Source: Sandaracinaceae bacterium
GTDB taxonomy: Bacteria; Myxococcota_A; Polyangia; Polyangiales; Sandaracinaceae
DNA: 64,000 nucleotides
Direction: 5' to 3'
Assembly: GCA_044220955.1 (NCBI GenBank)
Contig: JBGAQA010000004.1
Location: 81,413-145,412, forward strand
The notes under the pieces were generated by a model. The model did not search any database and was not told the origin of the DNA. It worked only from the letters and a program-made list of their open reading frames with translations. Positions 48,175 to 57,769 of the stretch are shown here, piece by piece. The position numbers and the translations under genes are program-made. The first letter of the stretch is position 1. Each line of letters starts with the position of its first letter.

Positions 48175-49592
48175 CAGAGCTGCTCCATCGAGGTGCTGCT
48201 GCGCGTGGTCCGGACGCCGATCGCGCCTCCCTCGACGTGGTGCCCGGCGAGCAGCGCGTCCATCGCGGCCGCCGCCTCCCAGTACTCGCGGCGCGTCTCG
48301 ACGGCGGCGATCTCGCTCGCCTGGCGCGCGCGCAGCGCCTCGAGGAGCTGGAAGATCGACACCTGCATCGCGTCGTACTGCAGCAGCGTCTCGTCGAGCA
48401 CCGACTGACGCGCGGGGAGCACGACGCCGGCGTAGTGCCGGCCGCGCATGGCTGCGGAGCGCACGCGCGCGCGCGTCTCGCGCGCGGCCGAGCGCACGGT
48501 GATCGCCACCCCGACGTAGCGCTCGAACGCTGCGTCGAGCGCGTGCTCGTGCATCGCGACGCGGCCGGAGCCTTGATCGAAGATCGGAAGCCGCAGCGCG
48601 ACGCCCGCGCCGACCGCCGCCGCGGGCGCCGTGATGCTCGTGTCGGACGAGCCGACGAGTGTGTGGAGATCGACGAGCACCTCCGGCAGCAGCGCCTCCG
48701 TGCGCGCGAGCCCAGCCCGCCGCGCCTCGCCCACCATGAGCGACGAGAGAGCGCGCAGCTCGAGGCTCGCCTCGATGGCGTGCCGCTCCAGATCCTGGGG
48801 GTCACCGTCCGCGTCGGGCACCGCGGCGAGCGTTCCGGCCAGGGTCCACTCCGTGTCGGGACCGTTCAGCCCGAGCACTCGCTGGACCGCCTCGCGCGCG
48901 ACGAGCGCCGCGAGCTCACGCTCCGCGACCTCGACGCGCTCCTCCTCGAAGGCCGCCTCGCGCGCCCGCACGTCGAGCGCCCGGAGGTTGCCGGCCTCGG
49001 CGAGCGCCCTCGCCGCGTCGCGCGCCGTCAGCTGCGCGTCCAGCGCCCGCTGCGCGATCGCGAGGGACTCCTCCGCGGCCTCGAGCGCGTAGAACGCCGC
49101 GCGTGCCTGGTAGCCCGTCTCGATCACCGCGGACGCGGCGTCGAAGCGTGCCATCTCGAGGTCGGCGCTGGACGCCTCGGCGCGCAGCGGCGCGAGCACC
49201 CAGCTCGCCACGTCCCACTCGACGCGCATGGCGACCGCGGACTGGCGCTCGGGCGTGAACTCCGCCTCGACGAGCGGGTTCGGGAGCAGGCCCGCCGTCA
49301 GCAGCCGGCCGCGCGCGATCCCGAGCTCGCGCAGCGTCGCGCGGAGCTCGCGGTTGTTCGCGAGCGCGATGCGTACCGCCGCGTCCGCGTCCAGCGGCTG
49401 AGCGAGGGCGTCGAGCATCTCCTCGGGCGTCGCGTCCTCGACCGGACCGTCGACGTCGGCGAGCGCATCGACGTGCGCGAGCGCGCGGATGTCGGAGAGG
49501 TCGCTGCCGATCGATGTGGAGACGCAGCCGCCGAGCGAGAGGGAGAGCGAGAGCGAGAGCGAGAGCGAGAGCGAGGGCGACTCACTGCGCAT
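48174..49592 (-). CDS. TolC-family outer-membrane efflux lipoprotein
   Basis: Lipobox LGG-C; AVRIALANN, LPNP, LPIFDQG, LQYDAM...FQLL. Confidence 0.88.
   Translation of the reverse strand: MRSESPSLSLSLSLSLSLSLGGCVSTSIGSDLSDIRALAHVDALADVDGPVEDATPEEMLDALAQPLDADAAVRIALANNRELRATLRELGIARGRLLTAGLLPNPLVEAEFTPERQSAVAMRVEWDVASWVLAPLRAEASSADLEMARFDAASAVIETGYQARAAFYALEAAEESLAIAQRALDAQLTARDAARALAEAGNLRALDVRAREAAFEEERVEVAERELAALVAREAVQRVLGLNGPDTEWTLAGTLAAVPDADGDPQDLERHAIEASLELRALSSLMVGEARRAGLARTEALLPEVLVDLHTLVGSSDTSITAPAAAVGAGVALRLPIFDQGSGRVAMHEHALDAAFERYVGVAITVRSAARETRARVRSAAMRGRHYAGVVLPARQSVLDETLLQYDAMQVSIFQLLEALRARQASEIAAVETRREYWEAAAAMDALLAGHHVEGGAIGVRTTRSSTSMEQL
49543..49572. repeat. Hexanucleotide repeat (GAGAGC)5 in the TolC signal peptide
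   Basis: Directly counted; encodes the alternating Ser-Leu run. Confidence 0.9.
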
Positions 49593-49875
49593 CGGACGCC
49601 TCCGATCCGGGCGCGGGCATGACCATCCCCGGGTGATGGTGGTGGTGGTGCATCCCCGCCATCGGGTCCGCGGGCCCCGCGCCGAGCCCGGCCCAGCCCT
49701 CGGTCGACGCACCGGGCGCGGGCGGCTCCTCCGTCAGCGCGCGGCCGATCGTGCGGAGCGGCGGCGCAGCGCTCTCGGGCGAAGCTGCCGAGCGAGACGA
49801 GAACGCGCCCGGCGCCGACGCGCATCCGGCGAGGAACACCACGAGCGAGAGGACGGATCGAGGCATACGCGCCAT
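49582..49875 (-). CDS. Small His/Met-rich lipoprotein
   Basis: Lipobox LAG-C; MAGMHHHHHHPGMVM; overlaps the TolC start. Confidence 0.75.
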   Translation of the reverse strand: MARMPRSVLSLVVFLAGCASAPGAFSSRSAASPESAAPPLRTIGRALTEEPPAPGASTEGWAGLGAGPADPMAGMHHHHHHPGMVMPAPGSEASDAQ

Positions 49876-49924
49876 ATAGCCAGCCGAGCGCCCTGCGTGA
49901 CCCGTTCTCCGTCCAGACGATGCG

Positions 49925-50863
49925 CTAGCGCACGTCGGCCGAGATCCGGTGCCTCACCGCGTCCCAGCGCAGGCGCGCGGCGTCTGCCGGGCGATCCGCG
50001 AGCAGCGACTCGAGCATCGGCTCGACCTCGAAGCGCCAGACGTCCTCGATGGTGTCGGCGAGGTCGTCCCGAAGGAAGTACGAGACGCCGAGCGCTCGGT
50101 CGGGATCGCGGATGAGCGCGTCCGCGCGCGCGATCACTGCGATGAGGCCCTCGACGGGGTAGCCGGTGCGCGCGTGGAAGCGACGCAGCGTCTCCGGATC
50201 GGGCGCGACGCGCAGGTACGCGAAGCGCCGCCGCAGCACGTGGTCGGTCGCCGGACGGCGCGGGTCGGCCTGGCTCATCGTGCCGAGGATCCGGACGTTC
50301 GAGGGGAGCACGAAGGGCATCTCGCCGGAGGCGAGCGGCATCGGCTCGTCACGCGCCTCGAGCAGGTGCACCAGCTCGCCGAGCACGGTGCCGACGTCGG
50401 CGCGCTGCATCTCCTCGAGGATCAGCACGCATGGCCCGCGGCGCGAGAGCGCCTTCTCGACGAAGAGGAAGAAGCGGCCGCGGCAGAGCGGCCAGTGCGT
50501 GGTTCCGTCGCGGCGCAGCACGGGGCGGTAGCCCTGCACGAAGTCCTCGTAGGTCGTGCCCGGGTGAAGCGCGAGCCGCTGCACGAACCCGTCGCCGCCG
50601 CCGACCAGGTGCCTCGCGAGCTGGTGCGCGAGGAAGCTCTTGCCAGCGCCGGGTGGACCGACGAGGACGGCCTGGCCCTTGCGCTCGATCGCGGCGACCC
50701 AGCGCGCGAGCAGCGCGGGGTCACGGCCCGTGCGCTCGGCGATCTTCGCGATGGGATGATCGGGCTGCAGCCGGCCCGTCTCGTACGCCTCGCCGACCTG
50801 CGACTCGCGATCGGGCCCCGGGTCGTCCTCGTCGTCGGCGTTGCCTGCGGGCTCGCGTGTCAT
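49925..50863 (-). CDS. McrB-family AAA+ protein, degenerate motifs, no N-terminal specificity domain
   Basis: GPPGAGKS, LHPGTTYEDFVQG, LGEL..LLE, PSNVRILGTM, LRRRF. Confidence 0.85.
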   Translation of the reverse strand: MTREPAGNADDEDDPGPDRESQVGEAYETGRLQPDHPIAKIAERTGRDPALLARWVAAIERKGQAVLVGPPGAGKSFLAHQLARHLVGGGDGFVQRLALHPGTTYEDFVQGYRPVLRRDGTTHWPLCRGRFFLFVEKALSRRGPCVLILEEMQRADVGTVLGELVHLLEARDEPMPLASGEMPFVLPSNVRILGTMSQADPRRPATDHVLRRRFAYLRVAPDPETLRRFHARTGYPVEGLIAVIARADALIRDPDRALGVSYFLRDDLADTIEDVWRFEVEPMLESLLADRPADAARLRWDAVRHRISADVR

Positions 50864-50940
50864 CGCAGGTGCTCATTGTCCAGCGGGGCGCGGCTTCGCG
50901 CAATCGCGGCAGGCCGATCGAATCGTGGCAGCATGCGCGC

Positions 50941-51885
50941 GTGACGCGCTGGCGAGGTGTGATCGTCCGGGCCTTGCTCGGGGTGCTCGGCGTCGTCCTG
51001 CTCGCCTCGGTCGTCCACCACGTCGGCCCCGGCACGATCGCAGGCCTCGCCCTCGCCGCGCTCCCCTGGATGCCCCTGGCGCTCGTGCTGGAGGGCGCGC
51101 GCATCGGGTGCGACGCCGTCGCGAGCGCGGCCGTGCTCGGGCCGCGCTGGCGCGCGCTCGGGGCGTGGCGCCTCTTCCTCGCGCACGTCGCCGGGCACGG
51201 CGTGATGAACCTGATGCCGGGCGGCCGCAGCGCCTCCGAGCTCGTGAAGGCCGGGCTCTTCTACGGGACCCTCGGCGCGAGCGAGGCCGCCGCGCTGGGC
51301 ACCACGAACCAGGCGAACGTCCTGCTCGCCTCCGCCATCTTCTCGCTCCCCTGCGCCGCCGCCGCCTACGTCACGAGCCCGGGCTCGACGCTCGTGATCG
51401 CGATCGGCCTGCACGCGCTCGTGCTCTTCGGGAGCGGCATCGGCGTGCGCGTGATCGTCGAGAGCAGGGGGATCGAGCGCCTCGTGCGCGGCCGCATGCC
51501 GCGCTGGATCGCCACGTTCGAGCGCTTCCAGGCGTCGTCGCGCGGCCAGCCCTTCATCGCGCCCGGTCCCGTCGTCTGGATGATGCTGGGCCGCGGCGCG
51601 CAGACCCTCCAGTACGCCGTGCTCGCGCACGCGGTCGGCATCGTCATCGGCCCGCTCGGCGCGCTCACGGTGCAGGGCACGAACCTCGTCGCCGCCGCGA
51701 TCGGTGTGCTCGTCCCCGGTCAGGTCGGCTCGTCCGAGGGCGTGTTCATGCTCGCCGCGGACGCGCTCGGCACGAGCGCGGCACGTGCGACCAGCGTGGC
51801 CGTCCTCGCCCACGCGAGCGGCCTGACGTGGACGGCGCTCGGCCTGTTGATCCTGTTCCTCTGGCGCGCGCCGAGGACGAGCTGA
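50941..51885 (+). CDS. Lysylphosphatidylglycerol-synthase TM / flippase-like membrane protein
   Basis: About 8 TM helices; NLMPGGRSASELVK, VPGQVGSSEG. Confidence 0.75.
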   Translation: MTRWRGVIVRALLGVLGVVLLASVVHHVGPGTIAGLALAALPWMPLALVLEGARIGCDAVASAAVLGPRWRALGAWRLFLAHVAGHGVMNLMPGGRSASELVKAGLFYGTLGASEAAALGTTNQANVLLASAIFSLPCAAAAYVTSPGSTLVIAIGLHALVLFGSGIGVRVIVESRGIERLVRGRMPRWIATFERFQASSRGQPFIAPGPVVWMMLGRGAQTLQYAVLAHAVGIVIGPLGALTVQGTNLVAAAIGVLVPGQVGSSEGVFMLAADALGTSAARATSVAVLAHASGLTWTALGLLILFLWRAPRTS

Positions 51886-51944
51886 AGGGCTGTCCCGAGA
51901 TCGGGACGGCGCTTCTCGCGCAGCGATACGTCGCCAGTCGGAGG

Positions 51945-51971
51945 CTCCACTCCGATTCACTCGGAGTGGAG
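51945..51971. terminator. Hairpin between convergent genes
   Basis: CTCCACTCCGA-ttcac-TCGGAGTGGAG, 11-bp stem; a second stem lies at about 51889-51910. Confidence 0.55.
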
Positions 51972-52001
51972 GGGGCGGTGTATGGGCCCCGGCAAACTGA
52001 G

Positions 52002-53288
52002 CTAGCGCTTGTCCACGGGGACGAACGAGCGCGTCTTCTGCCCGAGGTAGACCTGGCGCGGGCGCGCGATCTTCTGCTCGTTGTCGCCGAGCATCTCCTC
52101 CCACTGGCAGAGCCAGCCGGGCGCGCGGCCGATGGCGAAGAGCACGGTCATCATGTCGAGCGGCACGCCCATCGCCTGGTAGATGAGGCCCGAGTAGAAG
52201 TCGACGTTCGGGTAGAGCTTGCGCTTGACGAAGTACTCGTCCTCGAGCGCGATCCGCTCGAGCTCGACGGCGATGTCGATCAGCGGGTTCTTCCCGATCG
52301 CGTCGAAGACCTGCTCGGCCAGGCGCTTGATGACGCGCGCGCGCGGGTCGTAATTCTTGTAGACGCGGTGGCCGAAGCCCATGAGCTTGCCCTCGCCGCC
52401 CTTCACGCTCTTGACGAACTCGGGGATCTTGTCCTTGCTCCCGATCTTCTGGAGCATGTAGATGACTTCCTCGTTCGCCCCGCCGTGCAGCGGGCCGTAG
52501 AGGGCCGCGGCCGCCGCTGCGAGCGACGAGTAGGGATCGGCCTTGCTGGAGCCGACGACGCGCATCGTGCTCGTCGAGCAGTTCTGCTCGTGGTCCGCGT
52601 GCAGCGTGAACAGGACGTCGAGCGCGTGCTCGACCGCCGGGTTCGGGCGGTACTTCGCCTCGGTCATCTTGAACATCATGTTCAGGAAGTTGCCGGCGTA
52701 GCTGAGGTCGTTGTCCGGGTACACGACCGGCAGGCCGCGGCGGTGACGGTACGCGTACGCGGCGAGCGTCGGGATCTTCGCGACGAGGCGCGTCATGTGC
52801 AGGCGCCGGTTCGCCGCGTCGTTGACGTTCTTGGCCTCGGGGTAGAACGTGCTGAGCGCGCTGACCGTCGAGATGAGCATGCCCATCGGGTGCGCGTCGT
52901 AGCGGAATCCGTCGATGAACTCGCGGATGTTCTCGTGCACCATCGTGTGCATCGTGACCTGCTGCCGGTAGTCGGAGAGCTGCTGCTTGCTCGGCAGCTC
53001 GCCGTTGGTCAGCAGCCAGACCACCTCGAGGAAGCTCGCGCCCTCGGCGAGCTCGGCGATCGGGTAGCCGCGGTACTCGAGGACGCCCTTGTCGCCGTCG
53101 ATGAACGTGATCCTGGACGACGTCGACGCCGTGTTCATGAACGCCGGGTCGTAGGTCATCAGGCCGAAGTCGTCGTCCGAGGACTTCATCTGCCGGAAGT
53201 CCATCGCCTTGATGGTCCCGTTCGTGATCGGGAGCTCGAAGGTCTTCCCGGTGCGGTTGTCGGTGACGGTGAGGCTGTCCTTCGCCAT
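52002..53288 (-). CDS. gltA: Citrate synthase
   Basis: LHADHEQNCST, GPLHGGAN, MGFGHRVYKNYDPR, YPNVDFYSG. Confidence 0.97.
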   Translation of the reverse strand: MAKDSLTVTDNRTGKTFELPITNGTIKAMDFRQMKSSDDDFGLMTYDPAFMNTASTSSRITFIDGDKGVLEYRGYPIAELAEGASFLEVVWLLTNGELPSKQQLSDYRQQVTMHTMVHENIREFIDGFRYDAHPMGMLISTVSALSTFYPEAKNVNDAANRRLHMTRLVAKIPTLAAYAYRHRRGLPVVYPDNDLSYAGNFLNMMFKMTEAKYRPNPAVEHALDVLFTLHADHEQNCSTSTMRVVGSSKADPYSSLAAAAAALYGPLHGGANEEVIYMLQKIGSKDKIPEFVKSVKGGEGKLMGFGHRVYKNYDPRARVIKRLAEQVFDAIGKNPLIDIAVELERIALEDEYFVKRKLYPNVDFYSGLIYQAMGVPLDMMTVLFAIGRAPGWLCQWEEMLGDNEQKIARPRQVYLGQKTRSFVPVDKR

Positions 53289-53434
53289 GGTTCTCGCTTC
53301 AGCTCCGAGTGTTCTTCGTGCTCCACCGCGAGGCGGCCACGGGTGCCGCAGTGCGTCGAGCGGGCCGATTCTGTCCGTCCGGTGGTGCCATGTAAAGGAG
53401 GATCCGCCGGAGGGTGCGCGGTTACTATGGCCGC

Positions 53435-54853
53435 ATGACCGACGCGTTCGACCTGGTCGTCATCGGTGCGGGGCCTGCCGGTGAGAAGGGGGCGGTGCAG
53501 GCCGCGTACTTCGGACACAAGGTCCTCGTCGTCGAGAAGGCGCCCGAGCCGGGCGGCGCGGCCGTCCACACCGGAACGCTCCCCAGCAAGACGCTCCGCG
53601 AGACGGCCCTCTACCTCTCCGGGTACCGCGCGCGCGACATGTATGGCGTCTCGGTGAAGCTCGAGGACCGCCACGCCGCCGTCCCCCGCCTCATCGCGCG
53701 CAAGGATGCCATCGCGTCGGGCGAGTCCGCGCGCATCCGCCAGAACCTCGCGCGACACGGCGTCGAGCTCGCCCGTGGCACCGCCCGCTTCGTCGAGCCG
53801 GGCGTCGTCGCGATCGACCTGCCGGACGGCTCGTCGCGGCGGGTGACGGGCAAGTTCTTCCTCGTCGCGACCGGCTCGATCCCGCGCAACCCGCCCGACG
53901 TGCCCATCGCGGAGCTCGACGTCTACGACTCGGACGAGATCCTGGCGATCGACCAGCTACCCGATCGCCTCGTCGTGCTCGGCGCGGGCGTCATCGGCTG
54001 CGAGTACGCCTGCATGTTCGCGGCGCTCGGCGTGAAGGTCGTGCTCGTCGAGGCCAAGACGCAGTTCCTTCCCTTCCTCGACTTCGAGATCGGCCGGCTG
54101 CTCGAGCAGGTGATGCGCAGCTCGCTCGGCATCGAGATCCGCAAGGGCGCGCGGTGGGGCGCGGTTCGTTGCACGCACCCCGGTGTGCTCTGCGATCTGA
54201 TGGACGGCCCCGGCGACACGGTCGGCACCGTGCTCGAGTGCGAGAAGCTCCTCTTCGCGGCGGGCCGCGTCGGCGCGACCCAGGGGCTCGGGCTCGAGAA
54301 CATCGGCCTGACGCCCGACGGACGCGGCGCGCTCGCGGTCGACGCCCACTACCGTACGAAGGTCCCGAACGTGTACGCGACCGGCGACGTCATCGGCTTC
54401 CCGGCGCTGGCGTCGACGTCGATGGAGCAGGCGCGCGTCGCGGTCTGCCACGCCTTCGGGATCGACTACAAGCAGGCCGTCGACTCGCTCTTGCCCTACG
54501 GCATCTACACGATCCCCGAGGTCAGCTGCGTCGGGGAGACGGAAGAAACGGCTCGCGCGCAGAAGATCGACCACGTCGTCGGTCGCGCGTTCTTCAAGGA
54601 CAACGCGCGCGGCCTCATCCAGGGGGACACCGACGGGATGCTGAAGCTCGTGGTGCACCGCCAGACGCGACGCCTGATCGGCGTCCACATCCTCGGCGAT
54701 CGCGCGACGGAGCTCGTTCACATCGGGCAGGCGGTGATGTCGCTCGGGGGCACGGTGGACGTGCTCATCCAGATGGTCTTCAACTACCCCACCCTCGCGG
54801 AGGTCTACAAGTACGCCGCCTACTCGGCGCTCGGCGCGCTGGCCAAGGCCTGA
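53435..54853 (+). CDS. sthA: Soluble pyridine nucleotide transhydrogenase
   Basis: GAGPAG, GGAAVHTGTLPSKTLRE (no redox Cys pair), GAGVIGCEYA, FNYPTLAEVYK. Confidence 0.92.
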   Translation: MTDAFDLVVIGAGPAGEKGAVQAAYFGHKVLVVEKAPEPGGAAVHTGTLPSKTLRETALYLSGYRARDMYGVSVKLEDRHAAVPRLIARKDAIASGESARIRQNLARHGVELARGTARFVEPGVVAIDLPDGSSRRVTGKFFLVATGSIPRNPPDVPIAELDVYDSDEILAIDQLPDRLVVLGAGVIGCEYACMFAALGVKVVLVEAKTQFLPFLDFEIGRLLEQVMRSSLGIEIRKGARWGAVRCTHPGVLCDLMDGPGDTVGTVLECEKLLFAAGRVGATQGLGLENIGLTPDGRGALAVDAHYRTKVPNVYATGDVIGFPALASTSMEQARVAVCHAFGIDYKQAVDSLLPYGIYTIPEVSCVGETEETARAQKIDHVVGRAFFKDNARGLIQGDTDGMLKLVVHRQTRRLIGVHILGDRATELVHIGQAVMSLGGTVDVLIQMVFNYPTLAEVYKYAAYSALGALAKA

Positions 54854-54885
54854 GGGCAAGGTCCGGAAGAAGCGGTACGCGCGCG

Positions 54886-55404
54886 TCACGGGAACGACGC
54901 GATCCCTTCTCGCTCGAGCCACACGTCCTCGATCCGCGCGCCCACGCGCGCGAGCACGCGACCGATGGAGAGCGCGGCGGGCACGTCGCAGGTCGCTCGC
55001 TCGTACGTGACCCCGTCGAGCAGCCCGTCCACCGAGAAGCGCCCCGTCACGCCGCGCGCGCGGAGCGCCTGCACGAGATCGGCGGGCCACGCCCGATCCG
55101 CCTCGACCGCGACCACCAGCGCCTCCCACTCGTCGGGGTCGAGCGCGATCGTCCCGGACTCGGCCAGCGCGTCCCGCTCGGCTGCCGAGGTCGAGAGGTG
55201 GAACACCGTGCCGTCGACCGCGCGCATCCGGACGGTGAACGCCGCAGGCAGCGATCCCAGTCCATGGGCCGAGAGCGCCTCGAGCTCCGCGGTCCGCACC
55301 GGCCTCGCCGGCCGCAGCTGGAGCAGCTTCGGCCGCGGCCGGGGACCCGACGGGATCCCGACATCGAGCGCCAAGTTGTCGAGAACACGAGCTTCAGCGG
55401 CCAT
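54886..55404 (-). CDS. Hypothetical protein, candidate SOS gene
   Basis: AAGGA RBS before ATG 55404; coding bias; upstream LexA-like box. Confidence 0.65.
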   Translation of the reverse strand: MAAEARVLDNLALDVGIPSGPRPRPKLLQLRPARPVRTAELEALSAHGLGSLPAAFTVRMRAVDGTVFHLSTSAAERDALAESGTIALDPDEWEALVVAVEADRAWPADLVQALRARGVTGRFSVDGLLDGVTYERATCDVPAALSIGRVLARVGARIEDVWLEREGIASFP

Positions 55405-55509
55405 GGGTGCACGTCCTTTCGATCGAGAGCGAGCCAGGAGCTGGCGGTCCGACGACACGGAACATGCGTGTCCCGAATCCTCGTCGTTCTCTCGACGTCG
55501 GGCACGGTA

Positions 55510-55525
55510 CTGAACTGACGCTCAG
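55510..55525. promoter_or_regulatory. Myxococcus-type LexA box candidate CTGAAC-TGAC-GCTCAG
   Basis: One mismatch from the CTGAAC-N4-GTTCAG palindrome; abuts TACCGT (minus-strand -10-like hexamer at 55504-55509). Confidence 0.55.
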
Positions 55526-55582
55526 AGCCTGGGCATGGTCGCTGCCCGCCGCCATGTGCGCCCTACCCGAACAGGCGGGAGC

Positions 55583-56278
55583 TCAGGGGAGGAGCCGCAC
55601 CTGGTGCTGGGTCTCGTAGCTCCCCATCGTACGCTCGAGCCGATCGCGCACGCCCGGTCCGGCGCCCAGCACGAAGGGCGCGGCGTCCGCGTCGTCGAGG
55701 TAGCGATCGAACGGCGGGTCGCTCGGGCCGAGCCACGCGCAGGTCACGAGCGCCACCGAGGCGGGATGCTCGCCCACGGCTTCGACGGCGGGGAAGACGT
55801 CGTTCCGCGTCACCGAGCAGCGCATCCGGGCGGTGGTCGCCTGCGCGCGCGGTGCTCCGAGCGGCATGGTGCCGTAGCCGGTGAAGCGCGCCTCGGCGCG
55901 CTCGACGCGATCGAAGGCGAGCACGATCCCGTCCGGCAGGATGGTGGCGTGTCCCGACCACGTCGCGCGGTGCAGCTCGGTGAGCTGCGAGATGTCGTGA
56001 TCGCCCGCAGCGTAGCGCCCCGGCGAGGGGCCGCTCGTGCGCGCGTAGCGTCCGTCCAGCACCAGCTGGGCCGCGGAGGTCGCGTCGATGGCCAGCCGGA
56101 CGGTCGCGCGCGCCGCCACCGACTCGAACGACTGGGAGCAGCCGTGGTCCGTGTCGCGCTCGAGCGTCGTGGTCAGCGCGAGCGGCAGAGCGAGCGAGGT
56201 GATCTCGGGCGAGCGCGTCTGCGCGTGCGCTGGCGCGAGCGACGCGAGGAGCAGGAGCATGGGCAGCGCGCGGCGCAC
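55583..56278 (-). CDS. Hypothetical secreted protein
   Basis: Signal peptide AHA-Q. Confidence 0.65.
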   Translation of the reverse strand: MRRALPMLLLLASLAPAHAQTRSPEITSLALPLALTTTLERDTDHGCSQSFESVAARATVRLAIDATSAAQLVLDGRYARTSGPSPGRYAAGDHDISQLTELHRATWSGHATILPDGIVLAFDRVERAEARFTGYGTMPLGAPRAQATTARMRCSVTRNDVFPAVEAVGEHPASVALVTCAWLGPSDPPFDRYLDDADAAPFVLGAGPGVRDRLERTMGSYETQHQVRLLP

Positions 56279-56285
56279 GGACAGC

Positions 56286-56780
56286 CTACGACGCCGCCTC
56301 GGTCTTCTGCCTTGGCTCGTGCTCCCGGAAGGCTGCCTCGAGGCCCGGCCGGTCCGTCATCACGCGGAACGGGATGGTCGCCCGCGGGCCGCGGCGGATC
56401 TCGTACCAGAGGTAGTCCGCGCCGAGGCCCCACGCGCTCACGTCGCTCCAGGGGACGAGGCGCGCGCCTTTCTCTCCCGCGATCGAGACGCCGCGCTCGT
56501 CGACCGTGACGACGAAGGACGGCGGAGCGGCACGTCCGAGCCAGAGCCACGCCGCGAACGCGATCGGGCGCAGCACGAGGAAGCTGCCCCACGCGAGCGC
56601 GATCCAGGCCATCGGCGAGGGCGGGCCCGCGCGCCGCATCATCGCCGCGCCCATCGCCGCGATGCCGATCGCGAGCAGCGTCCGCATGGGCGGCCTGCCC
56701 TGACGGCGGTAGTGCTCGACGAGCCAGCTGCGCGCACGCTCGCTGGGCGCGAGCGCGATGGTCATGGTGTAGCGCCGCAT
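56286..56780 (-). CDS. YcxB-like two-TM protein
   Basis: TGATG coupling; 2 TM helices then VDERGVSI...VPWSDV...IPFR. Confidence 0.65.
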   Translation of the reverse strand: MRRYTMTIALAPSERARSWLVEHYRRQGRPPMRTLLAIGIAAMGAAMMRRAGPPSPMAWIALAWGSFLVLRPIAFAAWLWLGRAAPPSFVVTVDERGVSIAGEKGARLVPWSDVSAWGLGADYLWYEIRRGPRATIPFRVMTDRPGLEAAFREHEPRQKTEAAS

Positions 56781-57757
56781 CAGAGCCCCCGCGGCAGGAT
56801 GCCCCGGAGCGTGCCCTCGAGCTCGCGCGCGACGGTGCCCGACTCCCCCCTGTCCCACGAAGCGACGCACACGATGGTGCCGGGGTGGTCGGCGCACGCC
56901 AGCACGAAGGGGCTGGGCGCGTCGTTGCGCACGCAGAGCGCGAAGGCGTGCGTCGCGGGCGGCTCCTCGCGGCACGCGATGCCGTCACGACGTCGCGGGA
57001 TCTCGTGCGAGATCGCCATCGCCACTTCGTGCGCGAGCGCGCTGCTCGCCCGCGGGGCCCGCAGGGTCGCGATCGCGTGCAGGGGCGGCGCGCCCTCCGC
57101 GTCCGCTCCGCGGAGCCAGGCGACGCGCAGCGGCGCGTCCTGCGCGCGGAGCTCGGAGGCGTGATCGAAGGTCCAGCTCGCCGGCGGGCGCGCCATCACG
57201 CCGAGGTCGGTCATCCACGCGGGCCACTGCGCCGGCGCTGGAATCGAGGCGGGAGCGAGGGTCGATGCGGAGAAGTGCAGGCCGCCGAGCGCGAGGGCGA
57301 GCACGCAGGACGCCACGATCATCACGCCGCGGAGCACGGCCAAGCCCTGCGCCTGCAGCAGGCGGAGCCGCAGCGTCGGCGAGCCCGTGCGGTCGTGGAG
57401 CGGGCCCTCGAGCAGACCCGCCCGCCGTGCGAAGCCGGCGGCGCCCGAGAGAAACGTGAGACCGCCGACCCAGCCCGTGATGCGCGCGAGGAGCGAGCGC
57501 GTCGGGTCGAAGGCGACGCCGAGGGGCTGCCGCAGCGACAGGCTCAGGGCGACCAGGACGAGGCCGACGACCACGGCCAAGAGGTCGAGCTCGGCCGCAT
57601 GACGGCGGAGAAAGCGAGAGAGCGGGGAGCCCTCGTCGCCGCCGCCGTCACCGCCGGCGCGCTCGGCGAAGTAGCTCGCCGGCATCTTCGCGAGCACCTC
57701 GGGCGGCAGCGGCTTGGGCGACGGCTCGGGCTCCGCGTCGGGCTCGCTCGGCTCCAT
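56780..57757 (-). CDS. Hypothetical membrane protein (3 TM)
   Basis: Hydrophobic helices plus a soluble C-terminal domain; co-oriented cluster. Confidence 0.65.
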   Translation of the reverse strand: MEPSEPDAEPEPSPKPLPPEVLAKMPASYFAERAGGDGGGDEGSPLSRFLRRHAAELDLLAVVVGLVLVALSLSLRQPLGVAFDPTRSLLARITGWVGGLTFLSGAAGFARRAGLLEGPLHDRTGSPTLRLRLLQAQGLAVLRGVMIVASCVLALALGGLHFSASTLAPASIPAPAQWPAWMTDLGVMARPPASWTFDHASELRAQDAPLRVAWLRGADAEGAPPLHAIATLRAPRASSALAHEVAMAISHEIPRRRDGIACREEPPATHAFALCVRNDAPSPFVLACADHPGTIVCVASWDRGESGTVARELEGTLRGILPRGL

Positions 57758-57769
57758 CGGCCGCCGCCC

